A stretch of 64,000 nt of DNA from the NCBI GenBank assembly GCA_016209735.1, contig JACQVN010000030.1, forward strand, positions 3,265 to 67,264. Reading direction: 5' to 3'. Shown here piece after piece: positions 40,689 through 50,217 of the stretch. Positions within the stretch are counted from its first letter, which is position 1; each line of letters opens with the position of its first letter. Under the pieces are notes generated by a model. That model searched no databases and had not been told where the DNA came from. It saw nothing but the letters and a program-made list of their open reading frames with translations. The DNA comes from Candidatus Methylomirabilota bacterium (lineage in GTDB: Bacteria > Methylomirabilota > Methylomirabilia > Methylomirabilales > 2-02-FULL-66-22). The position numbers and the translations under genes were made by a program.

Positions 40689-40706
40689 CAGAATGGACTT
40701 TACAGG
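40689..40706 (+). repeat. attR core
   Basis: CAGAATGGACTTTACAGG. Confidence 0.92.
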
Positions 40707-40727
40707 GGTAGGCCCCTATGGTAATTT
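40699..40727 (+). promoter_or_regulatory. Putative rpsO promoter
   Basis: TTTACA-17-TAATTT with extended TG. Confidence 0.55.
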
Positions 40728-40775
40728 CGCCAATTGCCAAGAATTCACACTGGGCTCGAAAGGAGGGGAGCGATC

Positions 40776-41045
40776 ATGCCCAAGGAATGGTCGAACAAGG
40801 GAGAAGTCATCGGGCAATACCGCCGGCACGATACGGACACCGGTTCGCCCGAAGTGCAGATCGCCCTCCTCTCGGGGCGCATCGGGTACCTGACCGAGCA
40901 CCTGAGCGTTCATAAGAAGGACCACCACTCGCGGCGCGGCCTCCTCATGCTGGTCGGCCGGCGGCGGAAACTGCTGGACTACTTGAAGATCAAGGACATG
41001 GACGGCTACAAGCGAGTCATCGAAAGGCTAGGCATTCGCAAATGA
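40776..41045 (+). CDS. rpsO: 30S ribosomal protein S15
   Basis: [12 protein letters not shown]; [12 protein letters not shown]. Confidence 0.99.
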   Translation: MPKEWSNKGEVIGQYRRHDTDTGSPEVQIALLSGRIGYLTEHLSVHKKDHHSRRGLLMLVGRRRKLLDYLKIKDMDGYKRVIERLGIRK

Positions 41046-43207
41046 CGTTTCGCGCAGAACTCACGCTGGAGGGGCGCCCGCTCAGCATCGAGGTGGGACG
41101 GGTGGCCCGGCAGGCCGACGGCGCGGCATGGATCCGGTACGGGGACACCGTCGTCCTGGTGACGGCGGTGGCTTCCAAGGAGGCCCGGGAAGGGATTGAC
41201 TTCTTCCCGCTCACCGTGGATTACCAGGAAAGGGCCTACGCGGCCGGCAAGATCCCGGGCGGATTCTTCAAACGCGAGGGACGGCCGCACGAGAAGGAGA
41301 CCCTGACCTCGCGCCTCATCGACCGCCCTGTCCGCCCGTTGTTCCCCAAGGGCTACCACCAAGATGTCCAGATCATTGCCACGGTGCTGTCCGCGGACAT
41401 GGAGAACGATCCCGACGTCCTGGCGGTGCTGGGGGCCTCGGCGGCCCTGACCGTTTCCCCCATTCCCTTCCATGGGCCTCTGGGGTGCGTGCGGGTGGGC
41501 CGCCTCGACGGCCGCCTGGTGGTGAATCCCACCTATGCCCAGTTGGACCAGAGTGACCTGGAAGTGGTCCTGGCGGGCACGGAATCGGCCATCGTCATGG
41601 TGGAGGGCGGCGCCAAGGAGGTCTCGGAGGAGATCCTGCTGGAGGCGTTCCTGCACGCGCATCGCGCCATGCAGCCGATCATCAAGATGCAGCGAGAGTT
41701 GGCGGAGCAGCTCGGCATCGCCAAGGCCCCCTTCGACGCTCCGCCGGTGGAGCAGGCCCTGCAGGCCCGCCTGGAGGCGTTCTGCCATTCCCGCCTGCGG
41801 GAGCTGGTCCAGGAGCGGGAAAAGGAGGCCCAGCGGGCGCGCCGCAAGGCGCTCCTGGAGGAGGCCATGATCGCCCTGGCGGCCGAGTCGGACGCCGCCA
41901 AGCTGCAGCTCATGGACCTCTTCGAGGAGCTGGAGAAGCGCGAGATGCGCCGGCTCATTCTGGACGAGGGTCGACGAGCCGATGGGCGCGCCGTCACGGA
42001 CGTGCGGCCCATCAGTTGTGAGGTGGGGGTGCTCCCCCGCACGCATGGCTCGGCGCTCTTCACGCGCGGGCAGACCCAGGCGTTGGCCACCACGACCCTG
42101 GGGACCTCCGAGGACGAGCAGCGGCTGGACGAACTGGAGGGAGAGAGCTTCAAGCGGTTCATGCTGCACTACAATTTTCCTCCCTTCTCGGTGGGGGAGG
42201 TGAAGATGATGCGGGGGGCGTCTCGGCGGGACATCGGCCACGGAGCGTTGGCGGAGCGGGCCATCCTGCCGGTCTTGCCGGGCAAGGAGGAGTTCCCCTA
42301 CACGATCCGCATCGTCTCGGACATCCTGGAGTCGAACGGCTCTTCCTCCATGGCCACCGTCTGCGGGGCCAGCCTCTCGCTCATGGATGCGGGGGTGCCG
42401 ATCCGCGCCGCGGTGGCCGGCGTCGCCATGGGCCTGGTGAAGGAGGGGGACCGGACCGCGGTCCTCACCGACATCCAGGGCCTGGAAGACCACCTGGGGG
42501 ACATGGACTTCAAGGTGGCCGGCACCAGGAGCGGCGTGACCTCCATCCAGATGGACATCAAGATCCAGGGGATCACCGAGGCCGTCCTCCGCCAAGCGCT
42601 TCACCAGGCCCACCAGGCGCGCCAGCAGGTCCTGGGAAGCATGGGCTCGGCCCTGGGCGGGCCGCGGCCGGCCCTCAGCCCCTTCGCCCCCCGCATCATC
42701 TCCTTCAAGATCCCGGTGGACAAGATCCGCGAGGTCATCGGTCCCGGCGGGAAAGTCATCCGCGGGATCGTGGAGCAGACCGGGGCCAAGATCAATATCG
42801 AGGACGACGGGACCGTGGCCATCGCCTCCGTGGACGAGGCCGCCGCCCAGAAGGCCATGGACATCATCGGAAAGATCGTCGAGGTCCCCGAGGTGGGCAA
42901 GGTCTACTCGGGCAAGGTCGTGAAGATCATGGAGTTCGGAGCCTTCGTGGAGATCCTCCCCGGGACGGACGGCCTCCTGCACATCTCGCAGATCGCCCGC
43001 GAGCGGATCAAGCGGGTGGAGGATGTCCTCAAGGAAGGGGACGAGGTCATGGTCAAGGTGCTCGAGGTGGACAAGGCGGGGAAGATCCGGCTGAGCCGTC
43101 GCGAGCTGTTGCCGGATCCCGGCCCGCCGGCGAACGACGATCCCCCCGCTTCCCCGTCTGAGGGGTCCGGGCGCACCCGGGGAGGGAGAAAGCCATCCGG
43201 ACGCTAG
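41042..43207 (+). CDS. pnp: Polyribonucleotide nucleotidyltransferase
   Basis: [11 protein letters not shown]; ESNGSSSMA; [14 protein letters not shown]; KH and S1 domains. Confidence 0.99.
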   Translation: MTFRAELTLEGRPLSIEVGRVARQADGAAWIRYGDTVVLVTAVASKEAREGIDFFPLTVDYQERAYAAGKIPGGFFKREGRPHEKETLTSRLIDRPVRPLFPKGYHQDVQIIATVLSADMENDPDVLAVLGASAALTVSPIPFHGPLGCVRVGRLDGRLVVNPTYAQLDQSDLEVVLAGTESAIVMVEGGAKEVSEEILLEAFLHAHRAMQPIIKMQRELAEQLGIAKAPFDAPPVEQALQARLEAFCHSRLRELVQEREKEAQRARRKALLEEAMIALAAESDAAKLQLMDLFEELEKREMRRLILDEGRRADGRAVTDVRPISCEVGVLPRTHGSALFTRGQTQALATTTLGTSEDEQRLDELEGESFKRFMLHYNFPPFSVGEVKMMRGASRRDIGHGALAERAILPVLPGKEEFPYTIRIVSDILESNGSSSMATVCGASLSLMDAGVPIRAAVAGVAMGLVKEGDRTAVLTDIQGLEDHLGDMDFKVAGTRSGVTSIQMDIKIQGITEAVLRQALHQAHQARQQVLGSMGSALGGPRPALSPFAPRIISFKIPVDKIREVIGPGGKVIRGIVEQTGAKINIEDDGTVAIASVDEAAAQKAMDIIGKIVEVPEVGKVYSGKVVKIMEFGAFVEILPGTDGLLHISQIARERIKRVEDVLKEGDEVMVKVLEVDKAGKIRLSRRELLPDPGPPANDDPPASPSEGSGRTRGGRKPSGR

Positions 43208-43227
43208 GCGAGCCGTTCCACAAGGAG

Positions 43228-44436
43228 GTGCTGCCGAACGGCCTGATCGTCCTCACAGAGCGAATGCCCCAGGTCCGCTCGGTCTCCATCGGCCTGTGGG
43301 TTCGCGCCGGCTCCCGCTGGGAGCCGGGCTCGGCCGCGGGCATCTCCCACTTCATCGAGCACCTGCTCTTCAAGGGCACCACGTCCCGCAGCGCGGAGGA
43401 TATCGCCCGGGCCATCGACAGCGTTGGCGGGACGCTGGACGCCTTCACCTCCCGCGAGAATACCTGCTTCTTCGCCAAGGTCCTGGGGGAGCATCTCCCG
43501 CTGGCGGTGGACCTGTTGAGCGACCTCCTCCGGCATCCGCGCCTCGACCCGGACGACCTGGAGAAGGAGCGTCGGGTCGTCCTCGAAGAGATCAAGATGG
43601 TGGAGGACGACCCGGACGACCTGATCCACGATCTGTTCGCCGAGCGGTTCTGGGCGGGCCATCCCCTGGGCCGCTCGGTGCTGGGCTCCCGGGGGACCCT
43701 GGCGGCCATCACGCGGGAGGCGGTGCTCCAGCACCTTCATGACTACTACCAGCCCGACCGGGTGGTGGTGGCCGCCGCCGGCGACCTGGAGCACGGCCGG
43801 GTGGCGGACCTGGTGCAGGCCGCCCTGGGGGATTGGCGCGGGACCTCCGCTCTCGTCAACGGCTCGGCCCCTGTCTGCCAGCATACCGCGCACCACGAGG
43901 AGCGGGATTCCGCCCAACTTCACCTGGTGCTGGGGGTGGAGGGGTTGCCGTACGGGCACGCCGACCGGTGGGCCTTTTACCTGCAGAACGCCATCCTGGG
44001 AAGCTCCATGAGTTCTCGCCTCTTCCAGGAGATCCGCGAGAAGCGCGGCCTGGCCTACTCCATCTATTCCTATCAGGCCTCCTTCCAGGACTCGGGGCTC
44101 ATGGCGGTCTACGCCGGCACGAGCCCGGAGTCCTATCGGCAGGTCGTCTCCCTCATTCTGGAAGAGTGCCGCCGGCTCAGCCAGGAGCCGGTGGACCTGG
44201 AGGAATTCCGCCGGGCCAAGGCGCAGCTCAAGGGGAATCTCCTCCTGGGTTTGGAGAGTACCAGCAGCCGCATGACCCGGCTGGCCAAGGCGGAGATCTA
44301 TTTCCAGCGCGCCGTCGACCTGGATGAGATCATCCAGAGCATCGACGGCGTCACCCCTGAAGCCTTCGCCGCGCTGAATCGCTCCGTTTTTCGGCCCGAT
44401 CGGTACGGGCTGACCACCATCGGCCACCTGCCCTAG
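43228..44436 (+). CDS. M16 family zinc peptidase (start uncertain)
   Basis: HFIEHLLFKGT; MSSRLFQEIREKRGLAYS; follows pnp. Confidence 0.95.
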   Translation: MLPNGLIVLTERMPQVRSVSIGLWVRAGSRWEPGSAAGISHFIEHLLFKGTTSRSAEDIARAIDSVGGTLDAFTSRENTCFFAKVLGEHLPLAVDLLSDLLRHPRLDPDDLEKERRVVLEEIKMVEDDPDDLIHDLFAERFWAGHPLGRSVLGSRGTLAAITREAVLQHLHDYYQPDRVVVAAAGDLEHGRVADLVQAALGDWRGTSALVNGSAPVCQHTAHHEERDSAQLHLVLGVEGLPYGHADRWAFYLQNAILGSSMSSRLFQEIREKRGLAYSIYSYQASFQDSGLMAVYAGTSPESYRQVVSLILEECRRLSQEPVDLEEFRRAKAQLKGNLLLGLESTSSRMTRLAKAEIYFQRAVDLDEIIQSIDGVTPEAFAALNRSVFRPDRYGLTTIGHLP

Positions 44437-44444
44437 GAGACACC

Positions 44445-45359
44445 GTGGAGAGCGTCAAGCTGATCGCCAGCGGACTGCAGTTTCCGGAAGGTCCCGTGGC
44501 GATGCGCGACGGGTCGGTGATCTTCGCCGAGATCCGCAGCGGCGCGGTCAGGCGCGCGGCGCCCGACGGAACGCTTTCGCTCGTCGCGCACTGCGGGGGC
44601 GGTCCCAACGGGTTGGCCATCGGGCCCGATGGCGCCCTGCACGTCTGCAATAACGGCGGCAACACCTATCCCCCGGATCAATTTGTCGCCCTCGGGCCGG
44701 CCAAGGATTATGCGGGCGGTTGTATCCAGCGCGTCGATCTCGCCACCGGCGAGGTCCGCGTGCTGTACCGGGCCTGCGGCGGGAACCGCCTGTCCTCGCC
44801 GAACGACCTGGTCTTCGATGCGCATGGCGGCTTCTACTTCAGCGACATGGGGAAGAGGCGGGCCAGGGATCGCGATCACGGTGCGCTCTACTACGCGCTG
44901 CCGGACGGCTCGAGCATTGCGGAAGTTGCCTTCCCGATTCAAGCGGCCAACGGGGTCGGCCTGTCGCCGGATGGCCAGACCGTCTACGTTGCCGAGACGG
45001 AAACCTCGCGGCTTTGGGCTTTCGACATCATCGAGCCCGGCCGGGTCAAGAAGTATCCATTCCCGTCCCCGCACGGGGGCCGGCTGGTCTGCGGCCTGCC
45101 CGGCTTCCAGCGATTTGATAGCCTTGCCGTCGACCAGCAAGGCAACATTTGTGTGGCGACCTTGGTCACCGGCCATATCACGGTCATCGCTCCGAGCGGG
45201 GCAGTGGTGCGCCAGGTGAAGGTGCCGGATACCTATGTCACCAACATCTGCTTCGGCGGCGATGACTTGCGCACCGCATACATGACCCTCTCCGGCGTCG
45301 GGCAATTGGTTTCGCTGCCCTGGCCCGAGGCCGGACTGAAGCTCCACTTCAGCGCATAA
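44445..45359 (+). CDS. SMP-30/gluconolactonase family protein
   Basis: GLQFPEGP; GGPNG; PNDLVFD; NGVGLSPDG; TNICFGG. Confidence 0.92.
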   Translation: MESVKLIASGLQFPEGPVAMRDGSVIFAEIRSGAVRRAAPDGTLSLVAHCGGGPNGLAIGPDGALHVCNNGGNTYPPDQFVALGPAKDYAGGCIQRVDLATGEVRVLYRACGGNRLSSPNDLVFDAHGGFYFSDMGKRRARDRDHGALYYALPDGSSIAEVAFPIQAANGVGLSPDGQTVYVAETETSRLWAFDIIEPGRVKKYPFPSPHGGRLVCGLPGFQRFDSLAVDQQGNICVATLVTGHITVIAPSGAVVRQVKVPDTYVTNICFGGDDLRTAYMTLSGVGQLVSLPWPEAGLKLHFSA

Positions 45360-45590
45360 TCCCATGCCCCATGATCCTGGTCCCGCGACATGCCGGGGGG
45401 CTGCCGCCGCGGCCATCTTCGCCCCCCCTCGGGGGGCACCAGGCGGCGCACAAGGATGGCAGGAAGCCGTCGCCTGCGGCCTGTCCTCCGGAACATCCTG
45501 GAGATCGGGGGAGGCGGGAGAGCACACGGTGCCGCGCGGAGGAGGATGGCGCCGGCGTAGCGAAGTCCCTTGCGGAAGGAGGATCCCCGT

Positions 45591-45776
45591 ATGACCACGG
45601 AACCGAAGCATATCCCTGAGCAGTCGCGGAGCCTGGCCGGGCTCCAGGAGGCCGTCGTGGCCCGGGACGTGCCCGGGGGGGCCACCCGGATCGGGGCCGG
45701 CGGCTACGGCCGCGACGCCCTGGAGGGGGTGGCGCTGGCCCGGCAGCTCGTGGCCCCGGAGGCCCCCCATGCTTAG
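45591..45776 (+). pseudogene. Internally deleted methyltransferase cognate corrinoid protein
   Basis: N-end L..LQEAVV..D joined to C-end IGAGGYGRDALEGVALA; no DxHxxG; strong SD; overlaps the mtmB start. Confidence 0.7.
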
Positions 45777-47154
45777 CCTCCTGGAGATCGCCGAGCGGTC
45801 CCAGAAGGGGCCCAAGATGGACGAGCGGGCCTGGGACATGGCGCTCTTCCGGACGATGACCGCCCTCGCCAAAAAATACGACATCCAGTATCCCTCGGAG
45901 CGTCCCTTCGTCAACCTGGACGACTCGCTTCCCCCGCGGGCCTTCGAGGCCGCGGTGGAGTTCCTGGCCACCGCGGGTGTCTACTGCGTCTCCACCGGTC
46001 GCGTCATCCACTTCACCGAAGAGGAAGTCCGCCAGGCCGCCCGCGAGGCGCCCAGCCGGGTGATTGTGGGCGAAGGCCGCGACCAGCGGGTCATCACCCA
46101 GAAGAAAGTGGAGGGCACCGAGCCCCTCAACCACTGCGGCGCCCACCACGCCCCCTTCTCCGAAGAGCTCGCGCCCCTCGTGGTGAAGAACTTCGCCCAG
46201 ATCCCCCGCGCCGACTACCTGGAGGGGTTCAACTTCGCCGCCGTGGACGGCCGGGAGATCTTCGGGCCGCCGATGGAAGCCTACGCGGCGAAGCGCGAGC
46301 TTGCCTGGATGCGGGAGGGGGTCCGGAAGGCCGGCCGCCCCGGCATGGCCATCTGCTACTACCCCATCAACACGCGGGCTTCGACCATGCTCGCCCCGCT
46401 GGACCCCGTCGCCGGGTTGCGCCGGACCGACGGCGTGATACTGTCCCCGCTCCCGGATATCAAGGTGGAGACCGACCTGCTGACCGCGGCCATCGTGTAC
46501 GAGGACTACGGCTGCTTCCGGATCAACCATGGCGCCCTGGCGTTGGTCGGCGGCTTCTGCGGGGGAGCCGAAGGCGCGGTCATCGAATCCGTCGCCAGGA
46601 CGCTGACCGGCTGCCTTGTCTATCACGCCTCCTTCGCGTTCCCGGGCGTCCAGTCCAGCCGGAACACGACGGCCAAGACGATTGTCGCCCGGGACCCCAA
46701 CCTGCTCTGGGCAACCTCCGTCGCGCATCAGACCGTGAACCGCTGGAGCAACGTCATTTGTTTCTACCCGACCTCGGGAGCTTGCGGGCCCGGGACCCGC
46801 TCGGTCCTGGTGGAGCATGGCATGATTGCCATCCTCTGCGCGGTCAACGGGGCGAACGTCGGCCATGGGCGCCAGCACCGGGCCCGCATGAACGCCGCCC
46901 AGGATCCGCTGATGAAGGAGTGGGTGGTGGAGGTGTCCGACGCCGTCCTCCGTATGCGGCTGACCCGGGAGAAGGCCGACCGGATCCTGCGGAGCCTGTA
47001 CGCGCTGGTGGGGGGGAAGCCCGTGGAGCGGGGCGTGGAGGACATCCGGGAGTGTTACGACCTGGTGAACCACCGGCCCAGCCCGGAGTACCTGCGTCTC
47101 TACCTCCGGGTGAAGGAGGAGTTCGCCCGGCTCGGGTTGCCGCTGAACCCGTGA
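45769..47154 (+). CDS. mtmB: Monomethylamine:corrinoid methyltransferase (MtmB) family, no amber codon
   Basis: GPKM.E..WD, KKYDI, GVYC..T.RVI.FTEEE, AGRPGM, GGAEG, ECYD motifs; 461 aa. Confidence 0.85.
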   Translation: MLSLLEIAERSQKGPKMDERAWDMALFRTMTALAKKYDIQYPSERPFVNLDDSLPPRAFEAAVEFLATAGVYCVSTGRVIHFTEEEVRQAAREAPSRVIVGEGRDQRVITQKKVEGTEPLNHCGAHHAPFSEELAPLVVKNFAQIPRADYLEGFNFAAVDGREIFGPPMEAYAAKRELAWMREGVRKAGRPGMAICYYPINTRASTMLAPLDPVAGLRRTDGVILSPLPDIKVETDLLTAAIVYEDYGCFRINHGALALVGGFCGGAEGAVIESVARTLTGCLVYHASFAFPGVQSSRNTTAKTIVARDPNLLWATSVAHQTVNRWSNVICFYPTSGACGPGTRSVLVEHGMIAILCAVNGANVGHGRQHRARMNAAQDPLMKEWVVEVSDAVLRMRLTREKADRILRSLYALVGGKPVERGVEDIRECYDLVNHRPSPEYLRLYLRVKEEFARLGLPLNP

Positions 47155-47386
47155 CGGTGCGCTCCGGGGTGGGGTCATCGGGCGCCCGCAGGCGCGGGTG
47201 GCCGGTGGATCCGGCGCCCCCGCCGGGGGGGAGGCCTGACTCCCCTTGGACCGCGGCCCACCAGAGTCCATGGCCCACCCATCTCCCCGACACCTGATCT
47301 GGCCGCCGGTCCGCCGGACGGGGCGACGGGGGCCGTTGCGCCCGAAAAACAGATTCCTCTTACCGGATCGAAGCGGGGAGTGAAGC

Positions 47387-48649
47387 ATGCTCGAACGGAG
47401 ACAGGAGAACCCAGCAGGCGCTTCCAGCGAGCAGGCGAAGCCGGCGCACGCCCAGACGGCATTGGCTGGGGTCCGGGTGGTGGATCTCAGTCAGTTCGAG
47501 GCCGGGACCTCCTGCACCCAGATGCTGGCGTGGCTGGGTGCAGACGTGATCAAGGTCGAGCCGCCGACCACGGGCGAGCAGGGCCGGGGCGTGAATGCGA
47601 CCAGCGGCTATTATTTCATGGTGCTCAACGCCAACAAGCGCAGCGTCACGTGCAACCTGAAGAGCGAAAAGGGGCGCGAGCTGCTGTGCGGTCTCATCCA
47701 GCGGTCTGACGTCTTCATCGAGAACTTCGGCCCCGGCGTGATCGAGCGGCTGGGCTTCGGCTATGACGCGGTGCGCACGATCAATCCCCGCATGATCTAC
47801 GCGCAGATCAAGGGCTTCCCCCCGGATGGCCCCTACGCAAGCTATCTGGCGTTCGACATGGTCGCACAGGCCACCGGGGGCTCCATGTCGGTCACCGGGT
47901 TTCCGGGCAACCGCCCGGTCAAGCCCGGCGTCAATGTGGGGGACACCGGGGCAGGCCTGCACGCCGCGATCGGGATCCTGGCCGCGCTTCACCAGCGCCA
48001 GTCGACCGGGAAGGGTCAGCGCATCGAGATCGCCATGCAGGAGGCGGTCACCAACTTCGGGCGCATCGCCTTTGCGGCGCAGGCGCTCCTCGGCACGCCG
48101 GCGCCGCGCACGGGGAACCAGAGCATTCTCACCACCACCGCGCCGAGCGAGGCGTACCCCTGCAAGGGAGGCGGCCCCAACGATTACTGCTATATCTATA
48201 CCACGCGCGCCGGCAATCATCACTGGGACCGGCTGCGGAAGCTCATGGGGCGCGAGGACCTGGCGAAGGATGACCGCCTGGCCACCCCGGAAATGCGGGC
48301 CAAGAACGCGGAAGCCGTGGACGCCGTCGTGTCGGAGTGGACGCGACAGCACGACAAGCGGACGGTAATGAAGCTGGCCGCGGAAGCGGGCGTCCCCGCC
48401 GGCGCCGTGTTCGACACGATGGAGCTGACCCACGATCCTCACCTGCGACGGCGCAGGACCATGGTGACGATCCATCATCCTGAATACGGCGAATTCACCA
48501 TGCCCGGCAATCCGATCAAGATGTCGGGGTCGGAAGTCGAGGTGCAGCCTGCGCCGATGCTGGGCGTCGACAACCAGCGCATCTACGGCGAGATGCTTGG
48601 GCTCACGCCCGCCGATCTCGCTCGGCTCCGGCAAGAAGGGGTGATCTGA
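47387..48649 (+). CDS. Class III CoA-transferase (formyl-CoA transferase/CaiB-like)
   Basis: QFEAGTSCTQMLAWLGADVIKVE; YFMVLNANKRS; ENFGPG; GDTGAG. Confidence 0.93.
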   Translation: MLERRQENPAGASSEQAKPAHAQTALAGVRVVDLSQFEAGTSCTQMLAWLGADVIKVEPPTTGEQGRGVNATSGYYFMVLNANKRSVTCNLKSEKGRELLCGLIQRSDVFIENFGPGVIERLGFGYDAVRTINPRMIYAQIKGFPPDGPYASYLAFDMVAQATGGSMSVTGFPGNRPVKPGVNVGDTGAGLHAAIGILAALHQRQSTGKGQRIEIAMQEAVTNFGRIAFAAQALLGTPAPRTGNQSILTTTAPSEAYPCKGGGPNDYCYIYTTRAGNHHWDRLRKLMGREDLAKDDRLATPEMRAKNAEAVDAVVSEWTRQHDKRTVMKLAAEAGVPAGAVFDTMELTHDPHLRRRRTMVTIHHPEYGEFTMPGNPIKMSGSEVEVQPAPMLGVDNQRIYGEMLGLTPADLARLRQEGVI

Positions 48650-48651
48650 CC

Positions 48652-48680
48652 TGGTTCTTGCGCTGAGCGCGCAAAAACCA
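48652..48680. repeat. Palindrome-family copy
   Basis: tggttcttgcgc-tgagc-gcgcaaaaacca directly before the tctC SD. Confidence 0.8.
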
Positions 48681-48694
48681 AAGGAGGAATTCCC

Positions 48695-49645
48695 ATGTGG
48701 AGAAGAGTCATCCTGTCCCTCCTCGGGCTCTGCGTTCTGTGGGCGACCGGCGTCGCGGCGCAAGGGTATCCCACCAAGCCCATCCAGATGATCGTCGCCT
48801 TTCCTGCCGGGGGCAATACCGATCTCATGGCCCGGGCCCTTGCGCCGGGGCTGGGCAAGGAACTCGGGCAGCCAATCGTCATCGTCAACAAGGGGGGAGT
48901 GGGCGGCGTTGTCGGATCGACGGACCTCGCGCGGTCCCGGCCGGACGGATACACGATCATGCTGTCGCCCAACAGCCCGCTGACCATCCTGCCCCATCAG
49001 CAGAAGCTCACCTACACCCTGGACAGCTTCCGTTTCGTCTGTCTGACCTACGACAATCCCTTCGTCCTGGCGGCAGGACCCCAGGCGCCCTTCAAGACCT
49101 TCGCCGAGTTCGTGACCTTCGCGAAGGCAAAGCCCAACAACGTAGCCTATGCGTCGGGTGGCCCGGGATCCATGCCCCATCTGCTCTTCCTCGACATTTT
49201 CCGGCAGATCGGCGCCGAAGGGGTGCACATCCCCTTCACGGGCGCCGGCCCCCAGGTGCAGGCGATCCTGGGGGGCACCGTGCAGGTCATGATCGATTCC
49301 CCGGCCACCGTCTCCTCGAACAACCTTCCGCTGCTGGCGGTCTTTGCCGCCAAACGTCTTGCCAGCATGCCCAACGTTCCCACGATGCAGGAGCTGGGGC
49401 TCGATCTGAAAGCCTTCTCCGCCGGCGGGTTGATCGTGCCCGCGGGCACCCCCGACGCGGTGGTTGCCACGCTGGACCGAGCGTGTGTCAAGGCCACGGA
49501 GAGCGAGGGCTACCTGGGCACGCTGGCGAAGCTGAAGGCCGCCGCCAGGCACCTGCCGGCGGATCGCTTCCGCGAACTGTTCGTGGAGGACTCGGCGCGG
49601 AACTACGAGACGATCCGCAGAGCGGGGATGCTCCCCAAGCCATGA
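48695..49645 (+). CDS. tctC: Tripartite tricarboxylate transporter substrate-binding protein (TctC/Bug)
   Basis: Signal peptide; YPTKPI.MIVAFPAGG.TD..AR; PDGYT. Confidence 0.92.
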   Translation: MWRRVILSLLGLCVLWATGVAAQGYPTKPIQMIVAFPAGGNTDLMARALAPGLGKELGQPIVIVNKGGVGGVVGSTDLARSRPDGYTIMLSPNSPLTILPHQQKLTYTLDSFRFVCLTYDNPFVLAAGPQAPFKTFAEFVTFAKAKPNNVAYASGGPGSMPHLLFLDIFRQIGAEGVHIPFTGAGPQVQAILGGTVQVMIDSPATVSSNNLPLLAVFAAKRLASMPNVPTMQELGLDLKAFSAGGLIVPAGTPDAVVATLDRACVKATESEGYLGTLAKLKAAARHLPADRFRELFVEDSARNYETIRRAGMLPKP

Positions 49646-49703
49646 GCGCCGGATCCGTCGAGGAAGAGCGCTTCGACCCCACTCGGAGCCAGGGGGGGCT
49701 AGG

Positions 49704-50186
49704 GTGACCGTGCAGTCAACTCGCCTGGGCAGGCTGTGCAGTCTCGGGTTGCTCTGGGCCGTGGGGATCCTCGCCATCGCCATGGCGTTGCGGCTGGGAT
49801 TGTGGCGCAGCGGTTCGCCCGGCCCGGGGTTGTTTCCCTTCCTCGCGGCGCTGGCCATCGTCGTGCTGGCAACGATCGGGATGATGGCGGCCGCGCTGCG
49901 GAGGTGGCCCGCGGCCCCCGCGGAGACCATCCACGCGCGAGGCCGCTGGCGCATCGCCCTCTATGTGGTGGCGCTGATCGCCTACGCTCTGCTGCTCGAG
50001 CCGCTCGGCTTTCACGCCGCCACGACGCTCGCGCTGCTGGTCATCTCCAGGGCTGCCGAGCGCCTGCGATGGCGGACGGTCGTCCCGTTGATTGCCGGGA
50101 CGCTGTTTTTCACGCATCTGGTGTTTGCCCGCTGGCTCGGCGTGTACTTTCCCGCGGGCACGCTTTGGGGGGATCTCCTGGGGTGA
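49704..50186 (+). CDS. tctB: TctB small membrane subunit
   Basis: PGPGLFP; four hydrophobic segments; LGV.FPAG. Confidence 0.88.
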   Translation: MTVQSTRLGRLCSLGLLWAVGILAIAMALRLGLWRSGSPGPGLFPFLAALAIVVLATIGMMAAALRRWPAAPAETIHARGRWRIALYVVALIAYALLLEPLGFHAATTLALLVISRAAERLRWRTVVPLIAGTLFFTHLVFARWLGVYFPAGTLWGDLLG

Positions 50187-50217
50187 GGACGGCGCTCGAC
50201 GTGGCATAGGGAGGGCG

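Larger units (their letters stand above)
25959..40706. mobile_element. Integrative element (phage-satellite/IME-like) inserted in the 3' end of ribF
   Basis: Exact 18-bp direct repeat CAGAATGGACTTTACAGG at 25959-25976 and 40689-40706; integrase abuts the left repeat; splits the usual ribF-rpsO adjacency. Confidence 0.93.

Noticed and set aside
45547-45561. Sigma54-like GG-N10-GC upstream of the corrinoid remnant
   Set aside because: Imperfect (TAGC rather than TTGC), common in GC-rich DNA, and no activator nearby.
45769-47154. Pyrrolysine recoding in mtmB
   Set aside because: No in-frame TAG, and no pyl genes or tRNA-Pyl in the window.
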